Shown: one piece after another, positions 1-18,209 of the stretch | Numbering within the stretch: position 1 is the stretch's first letter | Layout of the letters: every line of letters starts with the position of its first letter | Source: the human T2T-CHM13v2.0 reference genome, Homo sapiens | Assembly (NCBI RefSeq): GCF_009914755.1 | Contig: NC_060933.1 | Direction: 5' to 3' (one strand) | Length of the DNA: 64,000 nt | Made by a program: the position numbers and the translations under genes | Notes under the pieces: generated by a model | Seen by the model: only the letters and a program-made list of their open reading frames with translations | What the model was told of the DNA's origin: nothing | Databases searched by the model: none

Positions 1-410
<410 letters not shown>

Positions 411-443
411 TGAGCAAGACAGAGAGAGCCATGCGGTTCCTGA

Positions 444-707
<264 letters not shown>

Positions 708-1198
708 TGAAGAAGCCTGAGGTGGGGGCTCCTAGGAAGGAAATCAGAACCCCGGGTCCTTCTCAGATTCCATGCGGGAATGAAGCCATGGTGGGCCAGG
801 GACTGGGCGTTACCCAGCAGGGGGCAGTGTGTGTGTCCTGGGGAGACCAATGCCTGCCTGGATGCGGAGGGGGGTGAGGGGGCCTCCCGCTCCCTGGGAA
901 CAGCTGTCCAACTCTGCTAAGGCTGATTCCTCTTTGAGACCACCTCAGTCCTTTCTCCCCACAGGGCAGTTGTGAGGACTGTGGGGGTGGGGGGTCCGTG
1001 TGTGGAAGCCCTTTGTGAATGAAAAAGCCCTGTCCTCCATGCATTGCTATTAACGTCGGGGTCATGTGGCTTTGGACACAGATGGGTGGGGCCCAGGGTC
1101 TAATTCCCCATGGTCCTCCCTAAAGAAACAGCCACTCAGCCTCCTGTGAGAACCCAGGCCCCTCCCTCACTGCCCTAACCCAGTCTCCTGATTTCCAG

Positions 1199-1259
1199 CT
1201 GGTAGAGAGTGCCGGAGAGGCCTGCAGGAGACTTCGGACCTGCTTTCACAACTGCAGAG
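1199..1259 (+). CDS. SPATA31A: SPATA31A coding exon 3 (AGRECRRGLQETSDLLSQLQ)
   Basis: tttccAG acceptor at 1197-1198, GTGAGG donor at 1260; 61 nt, phase 1 to 2; joins exons 2 and 4 in frame. Confidence 0.93.
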
Positions 1260-1398
1260 GTGAGGCACTTCCCCTTCCCTGCATCCTTCCTACCAGGGCT
1301 GGGACGTGACCCCAGGGCCACAGGCAGCCTGGAGCTGACCTGGGATGGGGAGACCAGGGGTACAGAGGATGGGAGTAAAACCCTGGGGCGAGGGGTAG

Positions 1399-5250
<3,852 letters not shown>

Positions 5251-6535
5251 TTTGGTCAGTCACAAATTCTTTTTTAGCCTTCCCTGGAGAAAAAGAAGTC
5301 CCCAAGAAAAAATTCACTCTATGTAGAGAAAAAATATTTTCTCTCATGTTAGTACATGCAGAACATTTAATATTCCACAATATATATGGTTTTTTATTCA
5401 TAAGAGGGTGATGGCTTTTATTTGTGCCATGCTTGGTGTGGGCTTGGTTTCCAGAAGCGACAGGACATGGAGGGATGTTGACAGTGGTGCTGTAAGCCCA
5501 CCTTCATCCTGAGTTCCTTCACTGAACCTTATGTTTCCGTAATACCGTCTTTACACAAACAACAAAAAATTCTAAAAACAAGATGAGAAAAACCTATGAA
5601 GGTCCCACTCTGAAATAAGGTTCAACCCATCTTTCCACTACTTACTCTACCTCAAACTTCATGCAGCTGTAGGGAGAAGGTTTGCAGAGATGTCACGGGA
5701 CTGAACATCTCCATGCAGGCTCCAGGAAGTGCCACAGCCGAGTACCTTCATGTGTCACAAAATAGTGGAAGTTTGGGTGGGAGAGTGCTGGGCCCTGAGT
5801 TTAGAAGTGGGAGAAGTCTTGACCCTGGGTATCCTGGTGGAGAATAGATAACGTCTGCCCCTGGGAAGCCCCTTCTCTCCCTGACAAAGGCTGGGATGGA
5901 GATGGGCTCTCTTAGCTCAGCCAACATGCGAAGCAGAGAGTCCGCATCCCACTGCCTCTCCCTTTCTCGCACTCTGGAGTGGCAGTGGGGACAGACCTTC
6001 CAGCTCTGTGCATGTGTAGGTGGGGGCTAGGGGGTCAGGGGGGCAGCCTTCATGGAGGTTGCTGAGGGCCGTGAACTCCCCTGCCCCAGATGAGTGAATG
6101 ACCCTGCTCCTGGGTCACCGGCCTTTGTCTATCTCACCTACATGTCTCTCAGCTTCAGCGAAGTAGTTCTGGGTGAATGGAGTAGGGTATGCCTGTGTGT
6201 GCAGAGGCTTCTGATGGTGGGACTCTGTAGAGCTACAGGGGATGCAGACAGAGAATTGAAAAGGAGGCAAAGTGGCGTGTGTGAGGGAGCCATCAGTGGT
6301 GCCGTGAGCCAGGAGACTCTGACATTCCAACCCCTTAGACAGGCCTAGAGGGGCCTAGTGTCTCATCCTGGCCACACCCCAGGGTCTGTCTCTGCTCCAG
6401 CTCCCAGATCACAGACCCCTAGAAAAACCACATTTACCCCCAACACGGAGGGCCATATTAGTGAGAAGGCAAAGTGAATAAGGAAGATGAATTTCTTAAC
6501 ATCTTCGATAAGCTTGCACATAATAATCTATTGAA

Positions 6536-6832
6536 CTTTTTTTTTTTTTTGAGACAGAGTTTCACTGTTTTGCCCAGGCTGGAGGGAAGTAGTGCAATCT
6601 TGGCTCACTGCAAACTCCGGCCCCTGGGTTCAAGTGATTCTTCTGCCTCAGCCTCCCAAGTGGCTGAGATGATAGGCACCCACCACCATGCCCGACTAAT
6701 TTTTATATTTTTAGTAGAGACGGGGTTTTGCTATGTTGGCCAGGCTGGCCTCGAACTCCTCGCCTCAGGTGATCTACCGGCCTCAGCCTCCCAAAGAGCT
6801 AGGATTACAGGCATGAGCCATGGTGCCTGGCC
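6536..6832 (-). mobile_element. Alu
   Basis: Antisense Alu; TSD ctattgaa. Confidence 0.95.
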
Positions 6833-7839
6833 TACCTATTGAATTTTTTAAAGGATGTGTTGACAATAGGTGGAAAAGCAAGGACTAGAGAACCCCAGGC
6901 ATGAGTCGAAGTCTGGTGACCTTTAATATACACGTAGCCCCAGGACTGCTCCCTGGGGAAAGGTGGCGACTTACAAGGGCCCAGCAGCTGAGCTGGGGTC
7001 ACACAGCAAATCTCCCCTGGCTCCTGACATCCTTGCTTGTTCCAGAGACCAGCAAGGGAAGATGCAGGCAGGCAGGATTTGAACATACAAGGGAGCTGGA
7101 AGTGACCTGTCCAGAATGGGCAGGGTATGGGCAGGACAGGAGCCATCCCTGCTGTCTCCCTCTGCTTTCAGCACAGCTTTCCTCCTCTCTGGGCCCTGTC
7201 CATATGGGAAAGCAGGAGGTCTCCACAAATCATGGACAGGAGGAGCCAGGTCTCTAGAGGGAGTTTTCTCTGCCTTGTGCCACATACAGGCGTGCAAGAG
7301 GCCCACTTCCGGGGGCCTCATTTCAATGGTGGAGAGGCCAGTGCCAGGCAGTGCCACTGATCTAGATGACAATGGAAATGGCCCTGCCCCCAACATGTGG
7401 GACTGGCCGGCACTGGGGTGCAGGGGGCAGTGGGCACAGTCCCCAGCCTGTGGCTTCTCCTGGGGCCAGGTCCTCTCTGGGGCCCGGATAACTGAAGCAG
7501 CCTCCAAGGTGGGCCCAGCGGTGACAGCGGAGCCAGGATCAGCAGGAGGAGCTGGGACCTGGAGCAGAGAGCAGCCCCGGTCCTCCGGGAGCTCAGGAGA
7601 GTGTGGCACAGAGCTGGGACCCTGACCACTGAGGATGGGCCATGCCTGGCTGCTGCTGGGTTCCCTCAGGAAACCAAGACGCGAGTTCTGGGATGTGGAG
7701 GAGCTGGACGTGGAGCCCATGGCTCAGGCCAGGAGAAGCGCCACAGGCAACACTGAGAGACCAGCAAGAACACAGGAAACAACAACCCCTTAGCCCTTCT
7801 GCAGCTCAGTCTCCCATGACATGCAGCGAGGCCAGCAAT

Positions 7840-8900
7840 GGAGAGACCCACGGAGACCTCCCACAGGAACCTCACAGAGATATCTCGTACAGAGTGAGCA
7901 CACGGGGACCTCTCACTGCCACAGAGAGAGACACACTGCAGCCTCCACAGAGACCCCACGGAGCTCTCAGAGTCCTCATGGTGCCCCACAGAGACCTAGC
8001 ACAGAGATTCCCAGAGTCCTCACCCAGAGAACCCCACAGAGGCCACGCTGAGAGACTTCACTCAGTCCCACAGAGACCTCCCGCAAATGTCAGAGACCTT
8101 CCATGGTTCTCACAGGGAGATCTCACACAGAGACCCCACAAAGACCTCAGAGACTTCACACAGAGTCATAAAACAGGGACCTCATGCAGAGACTCATGCA
8201 GCTCACTGCAACCTCCGGCCTCCAGCCCCAGAAATGGCACACGGCACCCCCCACTGCCTCACAGAGACCTCTCTCAGAGTCCTCCTCACACAGAGACCTT
8301 GCCTGGAGACCTCCCACTCTCCACAGAGACCTTGTATAGATTCCTCACACAGGCCTCAGGTTGCTCCACACTCATTGCCCAGAAACCTCTCACATAGAAT
8401 TCCCTCAAACATTCCACACAGAGATTCTGTAGGGCTTTCACAGGGTCCTCACACAGGGTCCTCACACAGGGACTTCATATAGTCCATGGTCCCTCACACA
8501 GAGACCTAGCACGGAGATTTCACACAGGGACTTCCCACAGAGACCCCACAGAGACCTCTGGAAGATACCTCCCACACAGACCTTCTGCAAAGGCCTCATA
8601 CAGAGGCCTCACAAGAGGCAATGGAGCCCTCTTGCTGCCCCATGGAGTCCTCCCACAGAGACCTCATGTGGCCTCACAGGCCTCGTACAGAAACTGACTC
8701 GGATTTCTTAGAGACTTTCCACACAGAACTCACGCAGAAACCTCAAACTGAGGCTCCACAGAGACCTCACTCAGAGTTCTCACCAGGAGCCTGGCACTGA
8801 GGCCTCCCATGCAGCGCTCACACAGCGTCCTCACCATAGGTGAGATGCCCCTCACAGATACTCCTCAGAGATCTGGCCCAGAGGCTTCACAGAGACCTCA
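7840..8900 (+). repeat. Degenerate CACAGAGACC(T)-motif tandem-like repeat
   Basis: Dozens of variants of ctcacacagagacc/ccacagagacct at irregular spacing. Confidence 0.8.
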
Positions 8901-9226
8901 CATCCATCCATTCTTTAGGTGCCTGAGCAGCCACCTGTTGACACATCCTTCTCAGTGGATATAAAACCACTCAGCACAGTAGCAGCACAGCCGGGATATC
9001 AGTTGCACTCCCCAGGAACCCTGGGACACCCAGATACTGTCAGCATTGCAGTGAAGGCGGTTTTCTGCTTGGGGACATCCTCACACTTTTTTTTTTTTTT
9101 TTGTAATAGCGCTGCCTCTGAAAAGAATTATGGATTCCACAGGCAGACCTGCAAAATTCTTTCTTCCACAGGTTTCCATTAGCTTGAATTCTGACCCACA
9201 ATTTAGAAAATTCATTTTTTTAAATT

Positions 9227-9514
9227 ATTTTTTGAGATGGAGTCTTGCTCTGTCGCCCAGGCTGGAGTCCAGTGGGATAATCTTGGCTCACTGCAACCTC
9301 CGCCTCTGGAGTTCAAGAGATTCTCCTGCTTCAGCCTCCTGAGTAGCTGGGATTATAGGTGTGCACTACCATGCTCGGCTAATTTTTGTATTTTTAGTAG
9401 AGACAGGGTTTCACCATGTTGGCCAGCTGGACTCGAACTCCTGACCTCAGGTGATCCACCCGCCTCGGCCTCCCAAAGTGCTGAGATTATAGGCATGAGC
9501 CACTGTGCCCAACC
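9227..9514 (-). mobile_element. AluS
   Basis: Antisense Alu consensus. Confidence 0.95.
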
Positions 9515-10600
9515 AAAAATTTTTAAGTGAAGAAAATGTTACCAACCTTCAATGAAAGAAAATATCTTATTTGTTCAGTTTGTTATTATCCAGCCAAATT
9601 ACATCAATGTCATATATTTTTTAAAGTTTGGGGGAGACAAGACTTGAATTTGAGATGCCTGACTTCTGTACTTTGAAAATATGATAAAAACCTCTAGAAA
9701 ATGAACCCCAGAAATGAAACAAACCAGCAAAGAGGCATCTGGACTCACACTGGTCTCCCAGGGGACTGTGCAACTAGCACATAATTTCATACAGAACAGC
9801 TTGGATCACGTTTGCAGAGTTCATTTTATTTTTAGCAAGCTAATAATCATGCAAAGATTTTTCACAAATAGGTCAAATCTCTAGCAATATTCTTATTGTA
9901 TCACTTGGAAAAATTATACTTCTTAATAATATTATTTTATTCCTTAAAATGCAGTAATGCCCTCAAATAGTAGTATGACACATGTTTGTCAGACATGACT
10001 TAGTCCTAATGTTCCACAAACATAGCTTAAGCAGATGGGCAATTTAAAAGGATTTATTTTTTAAACAGTTCTATGAAACACGCATTCTCTAAGATGGGCA
10101 GTAGGGATCCATTTTATATTCATTACAGGGCTAAAAAAGGAATGTTTTGAAATCTTACAAAACAAATTAATCTATGCTTGAGATATATACATAGCCTAAT
10201 AAAATGTATTGAGGAAGGGACACGTTAACATTTGAGTGGAAGAAGGTATACATTTAATCAGCATTTGTACAATAAAAATGAATTATGAATGGCCTCACTA
10301 ATTATATACGCAGCACTTTCCAAAGGGTGCACTCTGGTAAGACTACTTACTTCTCATTGCTCATAAGCAAACTGTTGTCCTTGCCTTGGTAAAATCTATT
10401 TTAACAATAGCTGTTAAAGCATATCACTAGATTATCCAACGGGATGACAGGGTCACAGTCTTTTCTCTAAGAGAGGCATAGCTGACATCAAGGCTCTTTT
10501 AGCCTATTTGTTTCAACAAGAAATCCCCTTTCTATATTCATCATAATTAAAAAATTTTAACTTAATTTTTCCACTTCCTTATAATGTCACTGCATCGTAA

Positions 10601-10972
<372 letters not shown>

Positions 10973-11439
10973 TATAGTTTTTTTCAACAGCGCAACTTAA
11001 ATAAGTTTAGTTATCAGAACAAAATAGAGTCAATTAGAAAAAAAAATTCATACAGAAAAATATACTTTTCAAGTTGACTGTTTTAACAGAGTTAAAATAA
11101 GTGATTATACTTCAGTCATTTGATTTAAATTTGCTCAGAGTGGCCAGAAAATCTAGAAACATAGAAAATGTCCATACTAAATAGTTGATTGCTATGACAC
11201 GTTGAATGTGCTGTTCCTCAATAGTAATTCATAGTTCAGTAATCTACGCAAAATTGCAATGAACAATGTGCATTAAAGCAACATTTCCATCAATCAGTGT
11301 ATATTCATCTGCCATATATTGCCTCAGATGATTTGAGTGTCTAATTTCACAGAATAAATTTGAGCCTTTACCCCAGAAGAAATAATCAACGGGGCTCAAT
11401 CTATTAAAAAGATATTGACAATATTTCCAGGCTCTATTA

Positions 11440-12180
11440 ACATCTATATTTTATTTTTAATTAGATTCACCTAATTCAAAGCTTGTAAATATTTTTACCA
11501 TTTATATGTGCCCAGATGAAATGGATATCAATAATTAGATAATGGAGAAAACAACAAACACAGATCTTCTTTGTTGTTAAAATATTTTACGTCAGAGCAC
11601 TTTGCTAGAAATAAAGTAATTTTTAATCTCCAGGCAAAAGACTGTCTAAATGACATTCAGAATGTATTACAAATTTAGATTTAGAATAGATTTATGTTTA
11701 AAACAGGCCTCATACTGCTTTCAACAAATCGGGCACTACAGAACAGAATGTGGGGAGGGTGACAATGATGTGATGACTTCTTAACACTGAGCAAAGAAGC
11801 AAAAAACAAGTTGTCTTTCTACAATGTTGATCCCTAAGAGTGATTTCCCTTTATAGATTGCAATATAATTCCAGTTGCATTGTTATTATTTTACAAAGAA
11901 CTCCCACAGAAAAAACTTTCTGGAGGTTTTCCCCTATATACACACCTACATTCTCTGCCATGCTCACACCGTTGGCAAAGTATGGTGCATCCAGCCACAG
12001 ACCATCAAGGGGCTTGATAATTGCCTCCTCCATATACCTTCTGAGGTCGGTCAGGTTTATAACCATTCGTGTAACACAATTCATCCTTATAACTGGGCCT
12101 ATGGCCTTGTGGCTTGTCACCTTTTCCAAGCAGGTGCTTGTCATCTTGGTTGCTCAGAGGTTTGCTGTGGCATCTTCCCT
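11440..12180 (-). pseudogene. PTS-P1: Processed pseudogene of PTS (6-pyruvoyltetrahydropterin synthase), 5'-truncated, lacking exon 3
   Basis: Intronless; [30 protein letters not shown] and [21 protein letters not shown]...[30 protein letters not shown] match PTS; PTS-like 3'UTR with AATAAA at 11450-11455. Confidence 0.92.
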
Positions 12181-12396
12181 CACCTGAGGCCGGGCTGGCC
12201 TCCACCATGTTGCAACCAGAAGAGCCCACTTCCGTGGGGACAGAGCTTCCGTGCTCTCCACAGCCACGTCACGCTGCCGCTGTGCAAATGATGCCAACTG
12301 TAAATCCCAGAAAACTGCAAAATAATGCTGCGCCAGGCACAGTCGGTGAGGATTTAGAGGATGCTAACGTCTTTCCTAAGAAACGTGGGTGACATC

Positions 12397-12730
<334 letters not shown>

Positions 12731-13333
12731 TCACTCTGGTTCTAATCATTTTCGTGCTTCAGCTGCCCCCACTGGATCAGTGTTTCTGGTGAAACGCAAT
12801 CAGTTTTCGGAGGGCCTCACCCTCCTTCACTGTAATGATGTTTGCAGTTCTTTCTTTCTCCTCTATGCCGAAAATCCAGAATTACCACCCCCTGTTCCCC
12901 ATGGTTCACAATCTCAAACACGTTTCTCCAGTGACCACTTCAATTCACACAGCCATCCCTCAGTTCAAATATTGCCTTTGAACATCATGAGCAAGACCAC
13001 GGCTCTTTGTATTTCTGCCACAGTTTCACACCAGTTACAGATTATATACATTCTTCACGTCAATAAGTTTATTTTGTAGAGTGTGGTTTCTGGAGTCAGA
13101 TGAACTCTCCACCTACTAGGTCTGTTACTTGGGCAAGTCATTTCTTGCCTAGATTTACCAATTTGTTAGAGTTATATTACTTTACTCCAAAAGATTTTAT
13201 TCTGTGAATTACATTGCTTTTCTTATTTTTTAAAAATTGTAAATCTAGGGATTTAGGCTTGGTTGTTTTTTTAAATATCAGTACTTATCTAAACAAATAT
13301 TTGAAAATTTTTCTTTTTTCTTTACGTATATTA

Positions 13334-13704
<371 letters not shown>

Positions 13705-13989
13705 TTATTTAATATTAAAACCTGTATTATTGCTCAGCAAAGAGGAGAATAGTTTCCTTGAAGGAAAAAAAACATCCTTAAGAACTTACTAGTTTAAAGC
13801 TGAGCATCTTAGATTTGAAGGTTGCCTTACCTTTTTAAAGATTTTTTTTATGAGTTGATAGAAAGTCCTAAAATCTTAGGAACAGAAACAATTGAGAATT
13901 ACAAGTCAAATCATTGAAATGGAGCCATCTGACAGTTTATGTGTTCTGCTGTGCCAGTAGTGAGTGGGAACAGTTTCTATGTGGGAATA

Positions 13990-14490
13990 TAATCAGGGTC
14001 CTGACTACCCCTAAAGGAGCTCTTTCTTGTTTGGTGTGAAGCCAATACACCAAACCGAGAGTGAGTATCAAACAGTGTGGGCTTTTTTCAATGGCCATGG
14101 AATTGCAGAAGTGGGAGCATAGCCTGCAAATCAACTTCTCAGAGCCTGAGAACTGAGGATTCTTAATGAAGGGGCTGGGTATACAGAGGAAAGGGAGAAA
14201 TATTCATAGCTTTTCTTGGGAAGGGAGGTAGGTTTTTTTGGAATCAAAGAGCCACCTCTTTTCTGCCTGTTTTTGGTCTCTTCTGGCCATTGTCATGGTG
14301 ATTGTCAACTGTCAAGGTGCCAGTGGGAGTGTCATTTAGCATGGAAATTGGATCATAATGAAGCTAGAGGTTTTTCAGAGGTCAAGCTGCCATTGCGGAT
14401 TTTGCCAGCTTCAGCCAGTTTAGTCCTAAGAAGGAACTTCTGACCCCAGACATCCTGTTTTCTAAAACTAAGCAGTTAAAGCTGAATGGG
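13990..14490 (-). mobile_element. Probable old ERV LTR fragment immediately upstream of FAM74A
   Basis: gaagccaatacaccaaaccgagagtgag motif resembles antisense ERV LTR ends; family not assigned. Confidence 0.45.
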
Positions 14491-14700
14491 AATTTAGCTC
14501 TGTCACATAGGCATTTGTTGGGCAACAAAAGCAGGGTAGGGCTCCAGCTAAGCCACGTAGGCACTACGATGGGCAACAGAAAGGTTGGTTTCTGGGCAAT
14601 TCAGAGAAACCAAGGACAGCTACCCCCAGAACTCAGAGTAGCCAACTGGGCTGCTCACAGGAGATGCCTTAACTGAAAGGTGATCAGACTCCACAGGAGA

Positions 14701-15046
14701 CCCAGAGAAGATGTGGAGGGAGCTCAGAGGCTGTCCTGGAGGAGACGTGGAGACAGCTCAGAGGCTGTCCCAGAGAAGACGTGGAAAGAGCTCAGAGGCT
14801 GTCCCAGAGAAGACGTGGAGAGCTCAGAGGATGTCCCAGAGAAGACGTGGAGAGAGTTCAGAGGCTGTCCCGGAGAAGACGTGGAAAGAGCTCAGAAACT
14901 CAGAGACTGTCCCGGAGAAGACATGGAAACAGCTCAGAGGCTGTCTGCAAGAAGACGTGCAGAGAGTTCAGAGGCTGTCCCGGAGAAGACATGGAGAGAG
15001 CTCAAAGGCTGTCCACAAGAAGATGTGGAGAGAGTTCAGAGGCTGT
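14701..15046 (+). repeat. 34-bp VNTR, 10 units (one 32 bp, one 42 bp)
   Basis: Consensus cccagagaagacgtggagagagctcagaggctgt; units start at 14701, 14735, 14769, 14803, 14835, 14869, 14911, 14945, 14979, 15013. Confidence 0.95.
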
Positions 15047-15734
15047 CGTTACTGCTGCACTTGGCTGTTTTTCTTTGGATAATTATTGCAATCAATTTTA
15101 GTAATTCAGGTGTTAAATCACAGTCAAGCACCTATTTACCTAGTGGTGAGTTCCTTTATGTTGTGAGTTCAATGTCATTTGTGGGGACTGTGGTCCAGGG
15201 AGGTGTTGGGAGGATGAAGTTTTTTCTGAGTGACTTTGCAAACATAAAAAGTCATCTAATAAAGATGCTAGAAAAGCAAATATCCTAACTTCCTAGTCAG
15301 AAAAATGTCCAACACCATGTTTATTTAAGAATTTTTCACAAAAAAAAACAGTGGTGGGAGAAAATTACACATCTGGGCCCAGCAAGTAAGACTTTCCCTT
15401 CACAATTGTGCTGTGGGATCCCAGGCCTCGGGGGGCTACTGCCGTCACCGTCCCCAGGCTGTGGGCCCCTTTGTCAGCTGCTCTTCTGAAGGCAGGTCTC
15501 CTGTCCATGCCTTCCCCTTTGCTGTCCGGATGGAGATTGGAGATGCAGCATCATATACAGCTGACAGGTGTTAACCTTATTAGCTAATTCTGTTTCACGG
15601 GACACGATTTATACACTCCATGGAAATGCTTCTCACTGCCTTTTTTTACCACTTCAAGGTAGAAGTAGGTAATAGTGCTAAAGTCATCTTACTAGAATAA
15701 CAAAGTCCATGGTTTGTTGTCCCTAAAAATATTT

Positions 15735-16545
15735 GTATTAGTTTACTAGGGCTGCCATAACAAAATACCACAGACTGAGTGGCTTAAGTAACATAAATTT
15801 CTTTTTTTCTTTCTTTCTTTCTTTGTTTATTTATTATTATTATACTTTAAGTTTTAGGGTACATGTGCACAATGTGCAGGTTAGTTACATATGTATACCT
15901 GTGCCATGCTGGTATGCTGCACCCACTAACTCGTCATCTAGCATTAGGTATATCTCCCAATGCTATCCCTCCCCCCTCCCCCCACCCCACAACAGTCCCC
16001 AGAGTGTGATGTTCCCCTTCCTGTGTCCATGTGTTCTCATTGTTCAATTCCCACCTATGAGTGAGAATATGCGGTGTTTGGTTTTTTGTTCTTGTGATAG
16101 TTTACTGAGAATGATGATTTCCAATTTCATCCATGTCCCTACAAAGGACATGAACTCATCATTTTTAAGAAAATGTGGCACATATACACCATGGAATACT
16201 ATGCAGCCATAAAAAATTTCTTTTCTCACAGTTTTGGAGGCTGGAAGTCCAAGGTCAAGGAATCAGCACATTTGGTCTCTTCTGAGGCCTCTCTCTTTTC
16301 CCTTGCCAATGGCCACCTTCTTACTGTGTCCTCACATGATTGTCCTGTGGTCTGTGTGTGGTCTCTGTCCACATCTCCTTGTCTTACAAGGAAATCAGTC
16401 TTACTGATTAGGGCCCACCCATATAACCTAATTTTACCTCAATTACCTCTTTATAGGTCCTCTTTCCAAATACAGCCCCATTCTGAGGTACTAGAGGTGA
16501 GGACTTCAACATAAATTTGAGGCAACACAATTCTGTCCATGACAA
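15735..16545 (-). mobile_element. MLT1 (MaLR) LTR, interrupted by an L1PA
   Basis: tgtattagtttactagggctgccataacaaaataccacagactg...ggacttcaacat; resumes at tctcacagttttggaggctggaagtcc. Confidence 0.88.
15801..16215 (-). mobile_element. Young L1PA 3' end with 5' inversion
   Basis: L1PA2/3-like 3'UTR antisense; terminal ~50 bp inverted; TSD aaatttctttt. Confidence 0.92.
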
Positions 16546-16598
16546 TTGTCCACCTTAGTTTTATGGTGAACCAAGGCTGTGAAAAAGACTTGACTTGG

Positions 16599-17089
<491 letters not shown>

Positions 17090-17248
17090 CTAATATCTTA
17101 ATCCCCAGTGTAACAAACTTTTACTACATTGTTCTCATGATGACAAATGTCTCATCAGAAAATGGCTTAAAAGTATAATTATTATGAAAGCAGACTGGCT
17201 TATTTAAAACAAACATAATCTGAAAACTGTAATCCAAAAAGTAAACAT

Positions 17249-17250
<2 letters not shown>

Positions 17251-17298
<48 letters not shown>
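17251..17298. repeat. (AT)n microsatellite
   Basis: About 24 AT units. Confidence 0.97.
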
Positions 17299-17301
<3 letters not shown>

Positions 17302-18209
17302 TTCATTCTCTTTGCTTTGAAACTTTCACTGAATGACCTTTGCCCATTTTATCGGTCACCATATTTTAGTGGTGCTATGCAGTGACTTTTGTAGAGTAAT
17401 ATCTCTCAAAGTGTGCAATGATCAATATTGTGTTGTCAAAAGATTCTGTAGTCAAAGAAGTTTGGAAAACTTTAATTTTTTGATTAAGCAAAGCAAGAAG
17501 TCTGAGTTTCATTTATTGGTTTACTATGAAAAGTGTTAGAGGCTTTATGATGTGCAAGAAGGACATGTGTCATAATATTTCTCAAACCTATTTGACTTCC
17601 AATACTTGCTTTTTTGTTTTTTCTTCTTTTGTGGAGAAATTTCAAAAACTTTGGAAAATACTTTTTAAGTGAGATTCAGGAGTTTGATAAGCAAGATGAC
17701 AAATACTAAAAATATACACTCCAAATATAGACACAATGAATACTAAATAAACTCACTGTTTTTAGTCAACATTATTCAAGGATATCCAAAGTTTTTCATG
17801 GCATAAAATGCTCTTTTTCTTTTCAGTAATATGATACATGTGATATTCCTGGAAACTTAAAAAAAAATCATCATTTATGTGCTCTCTTGTCAGTTTCATG
17901 CTGTATTTTTGATGTAGAAGAAAGAATTTGGTATCTTCTCAGGAATACATTGTCACATAAAAATATGTAAACTCCTTCAGATAAATTCTCACCTTCTGCA
18001 GAATGAGTCAAACAGCAGGGGGAGAAGCTGAATCTAGTGTTCGCAGTGAGTGACCTGTCTTCCTCAACACTGTCATCTCATCCATTGTCTTGGATGCTCA
18101 AGAAACGGAACTATATAAATGTGGCTTCTGGCCTTCATATATTACAGTGCCAAAGCTTCAAAGAACCAGTTTTTATTTAATACTTACTTTGTTTCTTTGC
18201 ATTTTTTTT

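Noticed and set aside
6901-7750. Overlapping 100-250 aa ORFs and an exon-like piece (KPRREFWDVEELDVEPM) in GC-rich DNA
   Set aside because: No recognisable homology; long ORFs on both strands are expected at this GC content.
14701-15046. Regularly spaced ~34-bp repeats resembling a CRISPR array
   Set aside because: Head-to-tail units with no unique spacers, no cas genes, human context.
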